Shown: piece by piece, positions 16,319 to 25,367 of the stretch | How the letters are laid out: each line of letters begins with the position of its first letter | Position numbering within the stretch: position 1 is the first letter of the stretch | From: Candidatus Sediminicultor sextus | GTDB taxonomy: Bacteria; Atribacterota; Phoenicimicrobiia; Phoenicimicrobiales; Phoenicimicrobiaceae | Direction of reading: 5' to 3' | Assembly: GCA_014894735.1 (NCBI GenBank) | Contig: JADBKX010000069.1 | Location: 1,845 to 29,752, forward strand | Length of the DNA stretch: 27,908 nt | Program-made: the position numbers and the translations under genes | The notes under the pieces: generated by a model | The model's input: only the letters and a program-made list of their open reading frames with translations | What the model was told of the DNA's origin: nothing | The model's database searches: none

Positions 16319-18192
16319 CCTTGTTTTTTCACCTCTATCGCTTTCTTTGGACATATCTGGGCACAAACTCCACAACCATCGCATAATAATGGGTTGATAT
16401 TAACAGAGCCATCTTTTTCTATATAGATAGCCGGACAGGTAAAATTCTTCACGCAGATTAAGCATTTGGTGCACTCTTCCTGGTTAATGGTATATTTGAT
16501 ACTTATACCTTTTTTCCTGTTTTCCCCATCAGTAATCATAGCACAGGGGTGTTTGGTAATAACCACTGCTATACCTTCAAATTGTAGAGCTTCCTTAAAT
16601 ACTTCTTCTGTCTCTTTTAAATCAACCGGGTCAGTGGTCTTTACTAAACCTACACCTATTCCTCGAGCAATCTTCTCTATGGAAACTTCGGGAGCAGGAT
16701 TACCCATTCCATCCAGGGGTATACCGGGATTGGTTTGACCTCCGGTCATTCCGGTTATCCTATTGTCCATAACTACTAATAAAATCTTATCTTTATTATG
16801 AACAGCATTAATTAAAGGAGGAATACCGGCATGAAAGAAGGTTGAATCTCCGATAAAAGATATTACTTTCTGGTTGGTTGCCTTAGAAAACCCGCAGCCA
16901 ATACCTATACTTGAACCCATAGAAATACAGTAATCCCCCATATTATAGGGGGGTTCCATACCCAAGGCATAACATCCTATATCAGTGGAGTAAATTATCT
17001 CTTCTTCCTTTAATTTTAATTTTTTTATAGCTTTTTTTAAAGCAAAATAAGTTGCACGGTGGGGGCATCCGGGACAGAGTATCGCTGACCGTAAAGGCAA
17101 AGAAAGTTTAGTACTATATTTTTCTCTTTTGATTAATTCTTTTTCTACAATTTTTGCCATCCCAAAAGAGATAATATCCGGATTATATTCATAAATTCTG
17201 GGAAGGGTTCCGTCTAACTTGCCATATACTTTTTTCTTTATATTATATTTTCCTATTATGGCTAAAACTTCTTTTTCCATTACCGGTTCCACTTCTTCTG
17301 CTACCAAAATATTATCAACGCTATTTATGAAGTCTAATACTAATTTCTCGGGGAAAGGATAAGAGAAGGTGAGTTTCAAAATTTTAACTTTCAAATTATT
17401 CTCACTAACCACATCCATCACGTAATTAAAGGCACTACCACTGGTGATAATTCCTATCTCTCTACCACCTTTATCAATTATTTTATTAAGAGGAGATTTT
17501 TCGGTTTTTTCTTCAATCTGTTTTAATTTTTCAATTAATTCTTTACGCATTTTTACCACATATACCGGAGTTACTATGAATTGAGAAGGATCCTTTTTAA
17601 AGTATCCTTTCTCTTTTCCCTGAATAACTGTTCCTAAATTTACTACCCCTCTCATATGAGATATTCTGGTAGTAGTACGTATAAGTATGGGAATCTTAAA
17701 TTGTTCTGATAAATCAAAACCAAATTTCATCAGGTCTTTTACTTCTTGCGGATTGGAGGGCTCGAGTAGGGGAATCCCTGCTAAGCGAGCCATAATCCGA
17801 TTGTCTTGTTCATTCTGTGAAGAATACATAGAAGGGTCATCGGCTGATAAAACAATCATCCCGCCTCGCACTCCGGTATAAACTGCGCTCATAAAAGAGT
17901 CAGCTGCTACATTTAAACCTACATGTTTCATAAAAACAAAGGAACGCAATCCAGCGGCTGCGGCTGCAACAGAAACTTCTAACGCCACCTTCTCGTTTGA
18001 AGAAAATTCAAAATACACTCCTGCTTCCCGGGCAATTTTGTAAAATACATTTCCTATCTCTGAAGAAGGGGTACCAGGATAGGTGGAAACGACCGAAACA
18101 CCGCCTTCTAAAGCCCCTCGAACAGCAGCTTCGTTGCCCAATAAAAACAGTTTTTCTCCTTCTTTTTCAGTTAAAATTTCTTTTACTTTCAA
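16315..18192 (-). CDS. iorA: Indolepyruvate:ferredoxin oxidoreductase alpha subunit
   Basis: LLGNEA, YPGTPSSE, NEKVA, KHVGLN, SSQNEQD, LCPGCPHR, DIGC, GDSTFFH TPP motif, C-terminal 2x[4Fe-4S] CxxCxxC motifs; TTG start with AGGAG SD. Confidence 0.96.
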   Translation of the reverse strand: MKVKEILTEKEGEKLFLLGNEAAVRGALEGGVSVVSTYPGTPSSEIGNVFYKIAREAGVYFEFSSNEKVALEVSVAAAAAGLRSFVFMKHVGLNVAADSFMSAVYTGVRGGMIVLSADDPSMYSSQNEQDNRIMARLAGIPLLEPSNPQEVKDLMKFGFDLSEQFKIPILIRTTTRISHMRGVVNLGTVIQGKEKGYFKKDPSQFIVTPVYVVKMRKELIEKLKQIEEKTEKSPLNKIIDKGGREIGIITSGSAFNYVMDVVSENNLKVKILKLTFSYPFPEKLVLDFINSVDNILVAEEVEPVMEKEVLAIIGKYNIKKKVYGKLDGTLPRIYEYNPDIISFGMAKIVEKELIKREKYSTKLSLPLRSAILCPGCPHRATYFALKKAIKKLKLKEEEIIYSTDIGCYALGMEPPYNMGDYCISMGSSIGIGCGFSKATNQKVISFIGDSTFFHAGIPPLINAVHNKDKILLVVMDNRITGMTGGQTNPGIPLDGMGNPAPEVSIEKIARGIGVGLVKTTDPVDLKETEEVFKEALQFEGIAVVITKHPCAMITDGENRKKGISIKYTINQEECTKCLICVKNFTCPAIYIEKDGSVNINPLLCDGCGVCAQICPKKAIEVKKQG

Positions 18193-18245
18193 TTTTTTTC
18201 TCCTATTTTTTCTTTGTATCGCGTAGTTTAGTCGTCAAATAACTA

Positions 18246-19124
18246 TTAATAATATTTTTTTATATAATTCTTAACGTCATCTCTGGTTCCCTTAAAAGGA
18301 CCCGGTTTTTCCATCTTTAAAGAAACTAAAGCAGCAGCAAAGAGGAGCGCTTCCTCTATTCTTTTATCTAACCTTTCGGTGATATAAGCACTGAAACAGG
18401 TATCACCCCGGCCGGTTCTTCCTGAAAGATTTCTCGGTTTTAAAGGACAGGTATAATGTTTTTTACCATTATAAATTAAAACTTCTTTATTGTGAGTAAT
18501 CATAATTTCCTTTGTTCCCCACCCGAAGAGTATTTCCGCTGCTTTCTTTCTATCTTTTGTTCCCGTCATAATTTCAGCTTCAGCTGCATCAGTTTTTAAA
18601 TAATCAATATAAGGGAGATATTCCTTCTTTTTTTCCCAATCTATAAAGACCATCTCTTTATTTTCCACCACAGTCCTTAAAAACCCTTGAACGTCCAGGG
18701 CAACTCTCCCTTTGTTATGCAGAAATCTTATCATTTCACTATCAAATTCCCCCGAGATGAGGCCGGCAAAATGATATATCTGGGAAGCAATATTATCCGG
18801 AACATCGTCGATAGTGAAGGGATCTGCAATCGATAGAGCAGTACAGGTTCTTCTTTCTCTATCTGCGCTATGATAAATATTTCTGATGGAAGTGGTATTT
18901 CTGGAATCTAAAGCAGTAATATTTTCTTGGGGAATAATAAATGCCTCCAAATACTTTCTATCCCGTGGGGATAACTTAGTCAAAATACCTATTTTATGAC
19001 CGATAGCGTAGGAAGCACAGGATGAATAAAAAACTGCCCCTCCAATTTCCTTTACAGTTTCTCCTTGATATATGTTTTCATCAACAGAGATATGTCCTAT
19101 GACAAAGCTATCATATCTTTTCAT
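18246..19124 (-). CDS. Ribokinase/PfkB-family kinase, predicted PPi-dependent (TM0415-like), copy 1
   Basis: IGHISVD, TTSIRNIY, DVQGFLR, LKTDAAEA, RTGRGDT (GRGD instead of GAGD), SLKMEKPGPF. Confidence 0.9.
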   Translation of the reverse strand: MKRYDSFVIGHISVDENIYQGETVKEIGGAVFYSSCASYAIGHKIGILTKLSPRDRKYLEAFIIPQENITALDSRNTTSIRNIYHSADRERRTCTALSIADPFTIDDVPDNIASQIYHFAGLISGEFDSEMIRFLHNKGRVALDVQGFLRTVVENKEMVFIDWEKKKEYLPYIDYLKTDAAEAEIMTGTKDRKKAAEILFGWGTKEIMITHNKEVLIYNGKKHYTCPLKPRNLSGRTGRGDTCFSAYITERLDKRIEEALLFAAALVSLKMEKPGPFKGTRDDVKNYIKKYY

Positions 19125-19156
19125 TTTTACCTCTTACTCTTTTTTCACATAAAACA

Positions 19157-19196
19157 ATTATACTCCCAAAGCATCCCTTTGAAAAATATTTTTAAA
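19157..19196 (-). promoter_or_regulatory. Promoter of kinase 1 with near-palindromic operator candidate
   Basis: TATAAT at 19157-19162 (minus); TTGAAAAATATTTTTAAA at 19179-19196 overlaps the expected -35. Confidence 0.45.
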
Positions 19197-19212
19197 CTAC
19201 TTTCCATAAATT

Positions 19213-19296
19213 GTTTTGAATAAAAATAAAAATGTGGGAAGGCCGTAATTGAAAAATTGGGGTGATGAATTTCTTAAAGCTTTTTTACCTGAAAAA
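19213..19296 (+). pseudogene. Possible HRDC-domain remnant
   Basis: One frame reads VLNKNKNVGRP*LKNWGDEFLKAFLPEK, resembling the HRDC end motif (L..I.GVG..KLEKYG.EFL); internal TAA at 19246-19248. Confidence 0.35.
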
Positions 19297-19311
19297 ATAA
19301 TTTACCTGTCT

Positions 19312-20412
19312 TTAATTATCGTGTTTAGAAAAAGGAGAGGTTTTCTTTAATTTGTAGTTATTGCCGGTACTTTCTATAAGTTCGTTAACTCTTTGCAGGC
19401 TATATTTATAAAACTTCTTGTAACGGGGCTTTAATTCCAAACACAATACTCCATTGTAATTTTTAAATAGGCGGAATATCTTATCATAGGGAATCTCTCC
19501 CCAGCCTACAGGCATATGCATATCACCTATGCCAAACTGAATTAGATCGATATCTCGATTTTCAGGTGAGACTTTGGGTTTGCCAAAACAATCATGAATA
19601 TGCAGATGTTTTATATACGGTAGGGCTAATTTTATAGAATCTAAAAATTTGAAGTGATAATATTTGGAGGCAAGATAAGCATGTCCAAAATCAAGGGTAA
19701 TTCCTACGTTATCCCGATCAATTTTTTTAACTTGGTCAACTAATTCTTCAATCTTCGTTCCATATTTATACTTTCTAACTTCTTGCAAAAAGATGGGCTT
19801 GGGTGTCTGAGGAGAAAGGCTATAAGAAGGAATTACTCTACTATTACCAAATCGTCTTGATAATTCCCAGAGAGTCTCTTCCTCTAACTCAGGACAAGTA
19901 TTTTCAATAACAATGGTCACCCCTAAATCTTTAGCAAAGTCAGCTAATTCTTGCAAAGTTTTTACTTCTATCTTCTTTGATCTTTCAATCTTGTTTAGAG
20001 AAGGTACTGTTAGTATTCCATTTTGTCCTAACCATTCCCCTCTAAACTCTTCCTGTTGTAAAGGAATTTTTCCACTATGGTATACAAAAATTTCTGCTCC
20101 TATAGCATTAGTAAATTCAATTCCAGATTTGAAGATTTCTTTTTGTAATTTAAAATTACCAGAGTCCATCAAATTTAGCAGATCGGGACCGTGAATAGTA
20201 TATTTTAATTTAAATTCCTTCAGGATGTCTGTAATTGCTCTGGTTTGCAGCCAATTCAGTTTCCCCTTAAAGATTGCATCGACTCCGTGGACAGGTATTT
20301 CGGCATAATCAAAACCGATATCTTGAAAATTACCTAAAGTCTTCTCTAATAGATCTAAGTCACCATCTATAGTGGAAGAATCTACGTTTATTCCAATCCC
20401 TTTTATATGCAT
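19312..20412 (-). CDS. Sugar-phosphate isomerase/epimerase family (xylose isomerase-like TIM barrel)
   Basis: GFDYAEIP, TIHGP, VYHSG, IENT, TLDFGH, HLHIHD, DMHMPVGWG, LELKP metal-site motifs. Confidence 0.85.
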   Translation of the reverse strand: MHIKGIGINVDSSTIDGDLDLLEKTLGNFQDIGFDYAEIPVHGVDAIFKGKLNWLQTRAITDILKEFKLKYTIHGPDLLNLMDSGNFKLQKEIFKSGIEFTNAIGAEIFVYHSGKIPLQQEEFRGEWLGQNGILTVPSLNKIERSKKIEVKTLQELADFAKDLGVTIVIENTCPELEEETLWELSRRFGNSRVIPSYSLSPQTPKPIFLQEVRKYKYGTKIEELVDQVKKIDRDNVGITLDFGHAYLASKYYHFKFLDSIKLALPYIKHLHIHDCFGKPKVSPENRDIDLIQFGIGDMHMPVGWGEIPYDKIFRLFKNYNGVLCLELKPRYKKFYKYSLQRVNELIESTGNNYKLKKTSPFSKHDN

Positions 20413-20455
20413 AGTTTTCGCTTCAAACCATAAATATTTTTATTAATTATTTCAC

Positions 20456-20483
20456 ATTATAGCACAATCAAATTCATATACAA
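20456..20483 (-). promoter_or_regulatory. Sigma70 promoter of the TIM-barrel gene
   Basis: Minus strand TTGTAT-N16-TATAAT with a TG extended -10. Confidence 0.55.
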
Positions 20484-20523
20484 GTATAGTTAAAAATTGT
20501 TTAAAATAATTTTTTTCAAATAG

Positions 20524-21285
20524 TTAATTTTCTTTTATATTTTTTAGAATAATATCTCTGCCATAATTAATCTCTTTTATCAATATATGTCCAACCTTTG
20601 GAGTATTTATTTCAGCATCCGTTGTATCAACAATGTAAGTCTCCAAATCACAATCTTTTTTCAACCCTTCAATAAATTTAATCTGCTCTCCTCGGTTATT
20701 ATATATTTTATTTCCGCGAATTGTATTTTTTAAAAGAATTTCAACGCCTAATGGGTCATGGATTTTTCTACATATCTCTTTATCTAAGTCATTTTGATCT
20801 ACCTCGATATCGTATATACCAGCTCTCCCGCATATTGGGCAAAATTCTACAAATGGATGATTCTTATTTTCTGTCGTTACCTCATAATGGGCGCTCAGAG
20901 CCAATCGATAAAATATTATATTCCCATTGCTTAACTTCAATTTTACCCTTTCAGATTTATTATTCATCAAATTTTTGTAATAATATCTAATATGTAATTG
21001 ATGATCGTGGCTGTTAGCAGGATTATCTATATCTGTGTAAGGTTGCAAACCTTTATATCTTCCTTCCGTATCGCTTCCTTCATTACTATTAAGCAAAATA
21101 TGGCGTAAACGATAATTTTCGCTAAAATTATTCTTAATATTACAATATTTCATTAAATTAAATATTACTAAATAAACAGCTTCAAGATATCCTTCTACAA
21201 TATTGCAATTTACATAAAACCAGATATTAGGATATCTCGGTATTTCTTTTGAGATAATATCTTTTTTTGGTAATTTAAAATCCAT
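20524..21285 (-). CDS. Orphan hypothetical protein with His/Cys metal-binding-like motifs
   Basis: Start moved to ATG 21285 (MDFKLPKK) behind GGAGGA; motifs HDHQLHIRYYY, AHYEV and CPIC-x19-CRKIH. Confidence 0.75.
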   Translation of the reverse strand: MDFKLPKKDIISKEIPRYPNIWFYVNCNIVEGYLEAVYLVIFNLMKYCNIKNNFSENYRLRHILLNSNEGSDTEGRYKGLQPYTDIDNPANSHDHQLHIRYYYKNLMNNKSERVKLKLSNGNIIFYRLALSAHYEVTTENKNHPFVEFCPICGRAGIYDIEVDQNDLDKEICRKIHDPLGVEILLKNTIRGNKIYNNRGEQIKFIEGLKKDCDLETYIVDTTDAEINTPKVGHILIKEINYGRDIILKNIKEN

Positions 21286-21388
21286 TTTTATCCTCCGCTT
21301 ATAAATATAATTAGAAGTAATTATTGTTCTCTTGTGTATACACAAAATATTAGTTGTATGGATTATTTTACTTTATTTCATGGTTTAA

Positions 21389-21417
21389 CTATACGACATA
21401 ACTTTTAAAAATCCTTC
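21389..21417 (-). promoter_or_regulatory. SigH-like promoter upstream of the orphan
   Basis: GAAGGATTT-N11-GTCGTATAG, same geometry as 7473-7501 with GTAT for GAAT. Confidence 0.35.
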
Positions 21418-21422
21418 TTTTC

Positions 21423-21472
21423 TTGAAAAATATTTTAGGAGATTGTTTTTCCGTTTTATTCTTTGCTATAAT
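21423..21472 (+). promoter_or_regulatory. Promoter of kinase 2 with the operator candidate shared with kinase 1
   Basis: TTGAAAAATATTTT 21423-21436 is identical to 19179-19192; TGCTATAAT extended -10 at 21464-21472. Confidence 0.5.
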
Positions 21473-21529
21473 AAATGGACAAAGAAAGTAAAATTATTAA
21501 ATTATTGACTTTATATTGGAGATAATAAA

Positions 21530-22417
21530 ATGGAAACTAACACTAAATTTTATGATATTGCTTTTATAGGACATTACACCAAAGACACAATTGTTTCTGC
21601 TTCGGGCATCAGAGTTGTTGATGGTGGTGCCTTTAATTATGGTGCTAATGTAGCTGCAAGAATGGGGTTAAAAGTAGCAGCAGTTACCCGTTTGGCAGAA
21701 GAAGATTTTCATGTAGTAGAAAAACTCAAGGGTTTAGGTGTGGATGTATTCGCACATATCTCCCCTCAGTCTACTTGTCTGCGTCTGGAATATCCCACTT
21801 CCGATGTTGATGAACGGGTCATATATGTAACCAGCTCAGCAGGTCCCTTCACCCCGGCTGAAGTAGAAAAAATTCAAGCCCGGGCAATTGTTGTGGGCGC
21901 ATCTATGCGTGATGAGGTTAGCTTGCAACTGATAGAGGAACTGTCGAAAAAGAAAACTATTCTTTCCGCTGACGTGCAGAGCTTTATCCGGGTAAATGAT
22001 AATGGTAAATTAGTTCCCAAGAAATGGCCGGAAAGAGACGATATATTTGCCTGTTTGGATATTTTAAAAACTGATGCAATAGAAGCGGGACTTTTATTCG
22101 GTGAATCTGATCTCTATACAGCTGCTCAAAAAATGCATGATCTGGGACCTAAAGAAGTAATCATCACTCACCGTGAAGGTTTGTTAGTCTTTGCCGATGG
22201 CAAATTTTATGAAGAAAAATTTTTCCCCAAAGAAATTATCGGAAGAAGCGGACGAGGAGATACTTGTATTGCTTCCTATACAGCCAAACGGTTAAGTGCT
22301 TCCCCTCAAGAAGCAACAACTTGGGCAGCGGCAGTAACCAGTTTAAAGATGGAAGCCGAAGGACCTTTCCAACGAACTATGCAAGAGGTTAATAATCTTA
22401 TTTATAATAAATATTAA
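21530..22417 (+). CDS. Ribokinase/PfkB-family kinase, predicted PPi-dependent (TM0415-like), copy 2
   Basis: IGHYTKD, ADVQSFIR, LKTDAIEA, FFPKEIIGRSGRGDT, SLKMEAEGPF. Confidence 0.9.
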   Translation: METNTKFYDIAFIGHYTKDTIVSASGIRVVDGGAFNYGANVAARMGLKVAAVTRLAEEDFHVVEKLKGLGVDVFAHISPQSTCLRLEYPTSDVDERVIYVTSSAGPFTPAEVEKIQARAIVVGASMRDEVSLQLIEELSKKKTILSADVQSFIRVNDNGKLVPKKWPERDDIFACLDILKTDAIEAGLLFGESDLYTAAQKMHDLGPKEVIITHREGLLVFADGKFYEEKFFPKEIIGRSGRGDTCIASYTAKRLSASPQEATTWAAAVTSLKMEAEGPFQRTMQEVNNLIYNKY

Positions 22418-22501
22418 GAATACAAATTAAGTTAGCAAACCCTATTTTTTAGTAGGTTTTAGGTCTCCGGATAAACCATCTTAAAGAACAAAAAATCGTT
22501 T

Positions 22502-23599
22502 TTATTTTTTAATCTCCTCATAAGGTATAACATGTAAACTTTTTTCCTTTAAAATTACAGATACTTCCTCTCCTATAGAATAAATTTTATGCTCCTGAGG
22601 GTTAGTAATCTCTACAGTAAGGAGATTCTTATCAACTTCAATTTCGTACACCATCCTAGAGCCAAGATAAATTACCTGGTTGATTATGCCATTAATAGCA
22701 CCTGATTTCTTAGGTTCTAGTTCTACAGATTCAGGTCTAATAATCAGTAAAATTTTATCTCCTTCTGAAAAGGTATTTTTTAATATATAAACTTTATATT
22801 TTACCCCTTTTATATCGACTTCAATTTCTTCCTGAGATAAAATATTTGCCACTCGTCCCTCTAAAAAGTTCGCTTTACCGATAAAATCAGCTACAAAATA
22901 ATTAACCGGATGGCTATATATTTCCTGAGGGGTGCCTATCTGTTGAATTTTACCAGCATTCATAATAACTACTCGGTCAGAAAGAGTCATTGCCTCTTCC
23001 TGGTCATGAGTAACATAGACAGATGTTATTCCAACTCTTTGTTGTATTTTACGAATCTCTAATCTGGTGGATACTCGCATCTTGGCATCGAGATTGGAAA
23101 GAGGTTCATCAAGCAGTAGCACCTTTGGTTCCATAATTAGAGAACGAGCCAGACTAACCCGTTGCTGTTGACCTCCGGAAAGTTGTGCTGGAGATCGATT
23201 ATTTAACCCTTTTAAACCCACCAAATTCATAATGGTTTCTGTTCTTTCTCGAATATTTTTTTCTTTCTCTCGATGAATCTTTAATCCATAAGCAATATTT
23301 TGATATACAGTCATATGGGGGAATAGAGCATAATTCTGAAATACCATAGTAGTAGGTCGCTGATTGGGAGGAGTAGTAGTTACTTCTTCCCCGTCAATAA
23401 AGATTTCCCCAGAAGTAGGAAGCTCAAAACCAGAGATCATCCGAAGGGCAGTAGTTTTTCCACATCCAGATGGCCCTAAAAGAGTAACTAGTTCCCCTTC
23501 TTTTACTTCTAAATTCACCTTATCAACTGCAATAACAGTATCTTTTTTACTTCCAAAAATTTTTACTAGATTTTTGAGCACAAGGTAATCTTGTTTCAT
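22502..23599 (-). CDS. ABC importer ATPase (FbpC/AfuC/PotA class) with TOBE domain
   Basis: GPSGCGKT, VFQNYALFPH, LSGGQQQ, LLLDEP, YVTHDQ. Confidence 0.95.
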   Translation of the reverse strand: MKQDYLVLKNLVKIFGSKKDTVIAVDKVNLEVKEGELVTLLGPSGCGKTTALRMISGFELPTSGEIFIDGEEVTTTPPNQRPTTMVFQNYALFPHMTVYQNIAYGLKIHREKEKNIRERTETIMNLVGLKGLNNRSPAQLSGGQQQRVSLARSLIMEPKVLLLDEPLSNLDAKMRVSTRLEIRKIQQRVGITSVYVTHDQEEAMTLSDRVVIMNAGKIQQIGTPQEIYSHPVNYFVADFIGKANFLEGRVANILSQEEIEVDIKGVKYKVYILKNTFSEGDKILLIIRPESVELEPKKSGAINGIINQVIYLGSRMVYEIEVDKNLLTVEITNPQEHKIYSIGEEVSVILKEKSLHVIPYEEIKK

Positions 23600-23625
23600 A
23601 AAAAATCCTTTCCTTTTCTAAATAA

Positions 23626-25335
23626 TTAGCCAATAATATCGACAGTTCTTACCCCTTTACCAATACGATTCACTATTAGCTGAATAATTCCTAAGGCAAT
23701 TAATACAATAATTATCAATAAATTGGACATCGCTGCTGCTTGGGCATATCTGCTATTATCCACAAAACCCAGAATAGCTATAGTAATTAAATTCCATTTG
23801 CCCGATACTACAAAAATTACAGCACTGATAGCAGTCATAGCTTTTACAAAATTATAAGCAAGACCGGAGAAAAAAGCCGGAGCAATCATAGGTAAGGTAA
23901 TTCTGCGAAAAGTAGTATTACTATCTGCACCCAAGTCAGTTGAAGCCTCCTCGATAGAAGGATCAATTTGTTGAAGAGCAGCAATTCCAGAACGTATTCC
24001 CACTGGCATATTTCTAAATATAAGAAGGATGATAATAATCCAAGCTGTTCCGGTCATTATAAAAGGAAGCAGCACAGTTTTTTGATTAAAGGCTAAGATA
24101 TATCCTATTCCAACTACAGTCCCGGGAACAGCAAAAGTAAGCATAGAAATAAACTCCATTACACCGCGGCCAATAAATTTTTTCCTTATTACCAGAAAAG
24201 AGATAAAGATGCCTATAATACCGGCTATAGGTGTAGCGACAGCTGAAAGAACTAAAGAATCAATTAAATAATCTTTACCTACCTGATACATCTCTACATA
24301 ATGTTTTAGAGTTAAGGTGGGGTTAACTCCCCAGAGGGTCTGAAAAGAACCATGAACAATAGTTCCATAAAAAAGAAAAACAATTCCGGTAAAAATAATA
24401 CAGCAGGAATATACCGGTAGCTTTATATACCATTCCAGCTGCTTAATAGTTGCGCCGGTTGGCTTTCCGGTAACTGTAACATATGATTTTCGAGAAACCC
24501 AGTATTTTTGCAGAAAAAAAGCAACTATGGTTGGAATGAACAGAAGTATCGCCAGAGTAGAACCCCGAGATAAATCATACATCCCGGTAATTTGCAAATA
24601 AGCCTGCACTGAAAGAACTCGATAATTCCCAGAAATAACCATAGGGTTCCCGAAGTCAGCTAAAGATTGGATAAATACCAAAAGCCAGGCACTGGCAATA
24701 CCCGGGGTAGATAAAGGTAAAGTAATGGTAGAAAACACTTTTACCCTCGATGCTCCCAAATCCATAGAAGCCTCTTCTAATGATGGGTCAATAGCTTGAA
24801 GAATACCGTAAAGAACTAAAAAAGCTGTAGGGGCATAAGCAATCGTTTCAACAAGTATCAATCCTGCCAACCCATATATGGTATAGTCACCAATAATTTT
24901 AGTTAAAAAAGGATTAAGACTTCCTGCTCTTCCAAAGAGAAGAATGGCTGATAGTGCAACTACAAAGGGTGGGGAGATAATAGGGAAGGTCGCAGTTACC
25001 CGAAAGAAATTTTTAAAGGGCATTGGAGTTCTGGTAAGGGCATAAGCAAAAATAAACCCAATTATAGTACCTATGGTTGCAGTGTACACCCCTAAAAGCA
25101 TACTATTAAAGAAAGGTTGATAATAATACCTTTTGGAAAAAATTGCTGAATAATTGGAAAAATTCAATTGCTTATCAATAAATAAACTTGTTTTAAAGAC
25201 TTGAAATATCGGAAATACCACAAACACTATTAAGCAATAAAAAATAGCCAGTATAGATATAAATAGTAATGGTTCTTTCCATATCAAACGGAGATTCCCT
25301 ATGACTTCTTGTATTTTTCTTTTTGAACTGTTCAT
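23626..25335 (-). CDS. ABC importer permease, fused double TM module (FbpB/AfuB class)
   Basis: About 12 hydrophobic segments; two EAA loops, EEASMDLGAS and EEASTDLGAD. Confidence 0.93.
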   Translation of the reverse strand: MNSSKRKIQEVIGNLRLIWKEPLLFISILAIFYCLIVFVVFPIFQVFKTSLFIDKQLNFSNYSAIFSKRYYYQPFFNSMLLGVYTATIGTIIGFIFAYALTRTPMPFKNFFRVTATFPIISPPFVVALSAILLFGRAGSLNPFLTKIIGDYTIYGLAGLILVETIAYAPTAFLVLYGILQAIDPSLEEASMDLGASRVKVFSTITLPLSTPGIASAWLLVFIQSLADFGNPMVISGNYRVLSVQAYLQITGMYDLSRGSTLAILLFIPTIVAFFLQKYWVSRKSYVTVTGKPTGATIKQLEWYIKLPVYSCCIIFTGIVFLFYGTIVHGSFQTLWGVNPTLTLKHYVEMYQVGKDYLIDSLVLSAVATPIAGIIGIFISFLVIRKKFIGRGVMEFISMLTFAVPGTVVGIGYILAFNQKTVLLPFIMTGTAWIIIILLIFRNMPVGIRSGIAALQQIDPSIEEASTDLGADSNTTFRRITLPMIAPAFFSGLAYNFVKAMTAISAVIFVVSGKWNLITIAILGFVDNSRYAQAAAMSNLLIIIVLIALGIIQLIVNRIGKGVRTVDIIG

Positions 25336-25367
25336 ATTTTAAATCCAATAATATTTATGGCGATAAT

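Noticed and set aside
15725-16384. ORF-track starts for iorB (16384), ptb (14546), abiEi (9921), the orphan (21345) and the SBP (26466)
   Set aside because: Downstream starts fit SD placement, overlaps or family N-termini better.
20820-20900. HYE...CPIC in the orphan as a cytidine-deaminase HxE/PCxxC site
   Set aside because: Only 13 residues separate HxE from CxxC and no Pro precedes the first Cys; kept only as a generic metal-site hypothesis.
22436-22458. AAACCCTA...TAGGTTT as the terminator between kinase 2 and the ABC ATPase
   Set aside because: Short, bulged, AT-rich stem; too weak to call.
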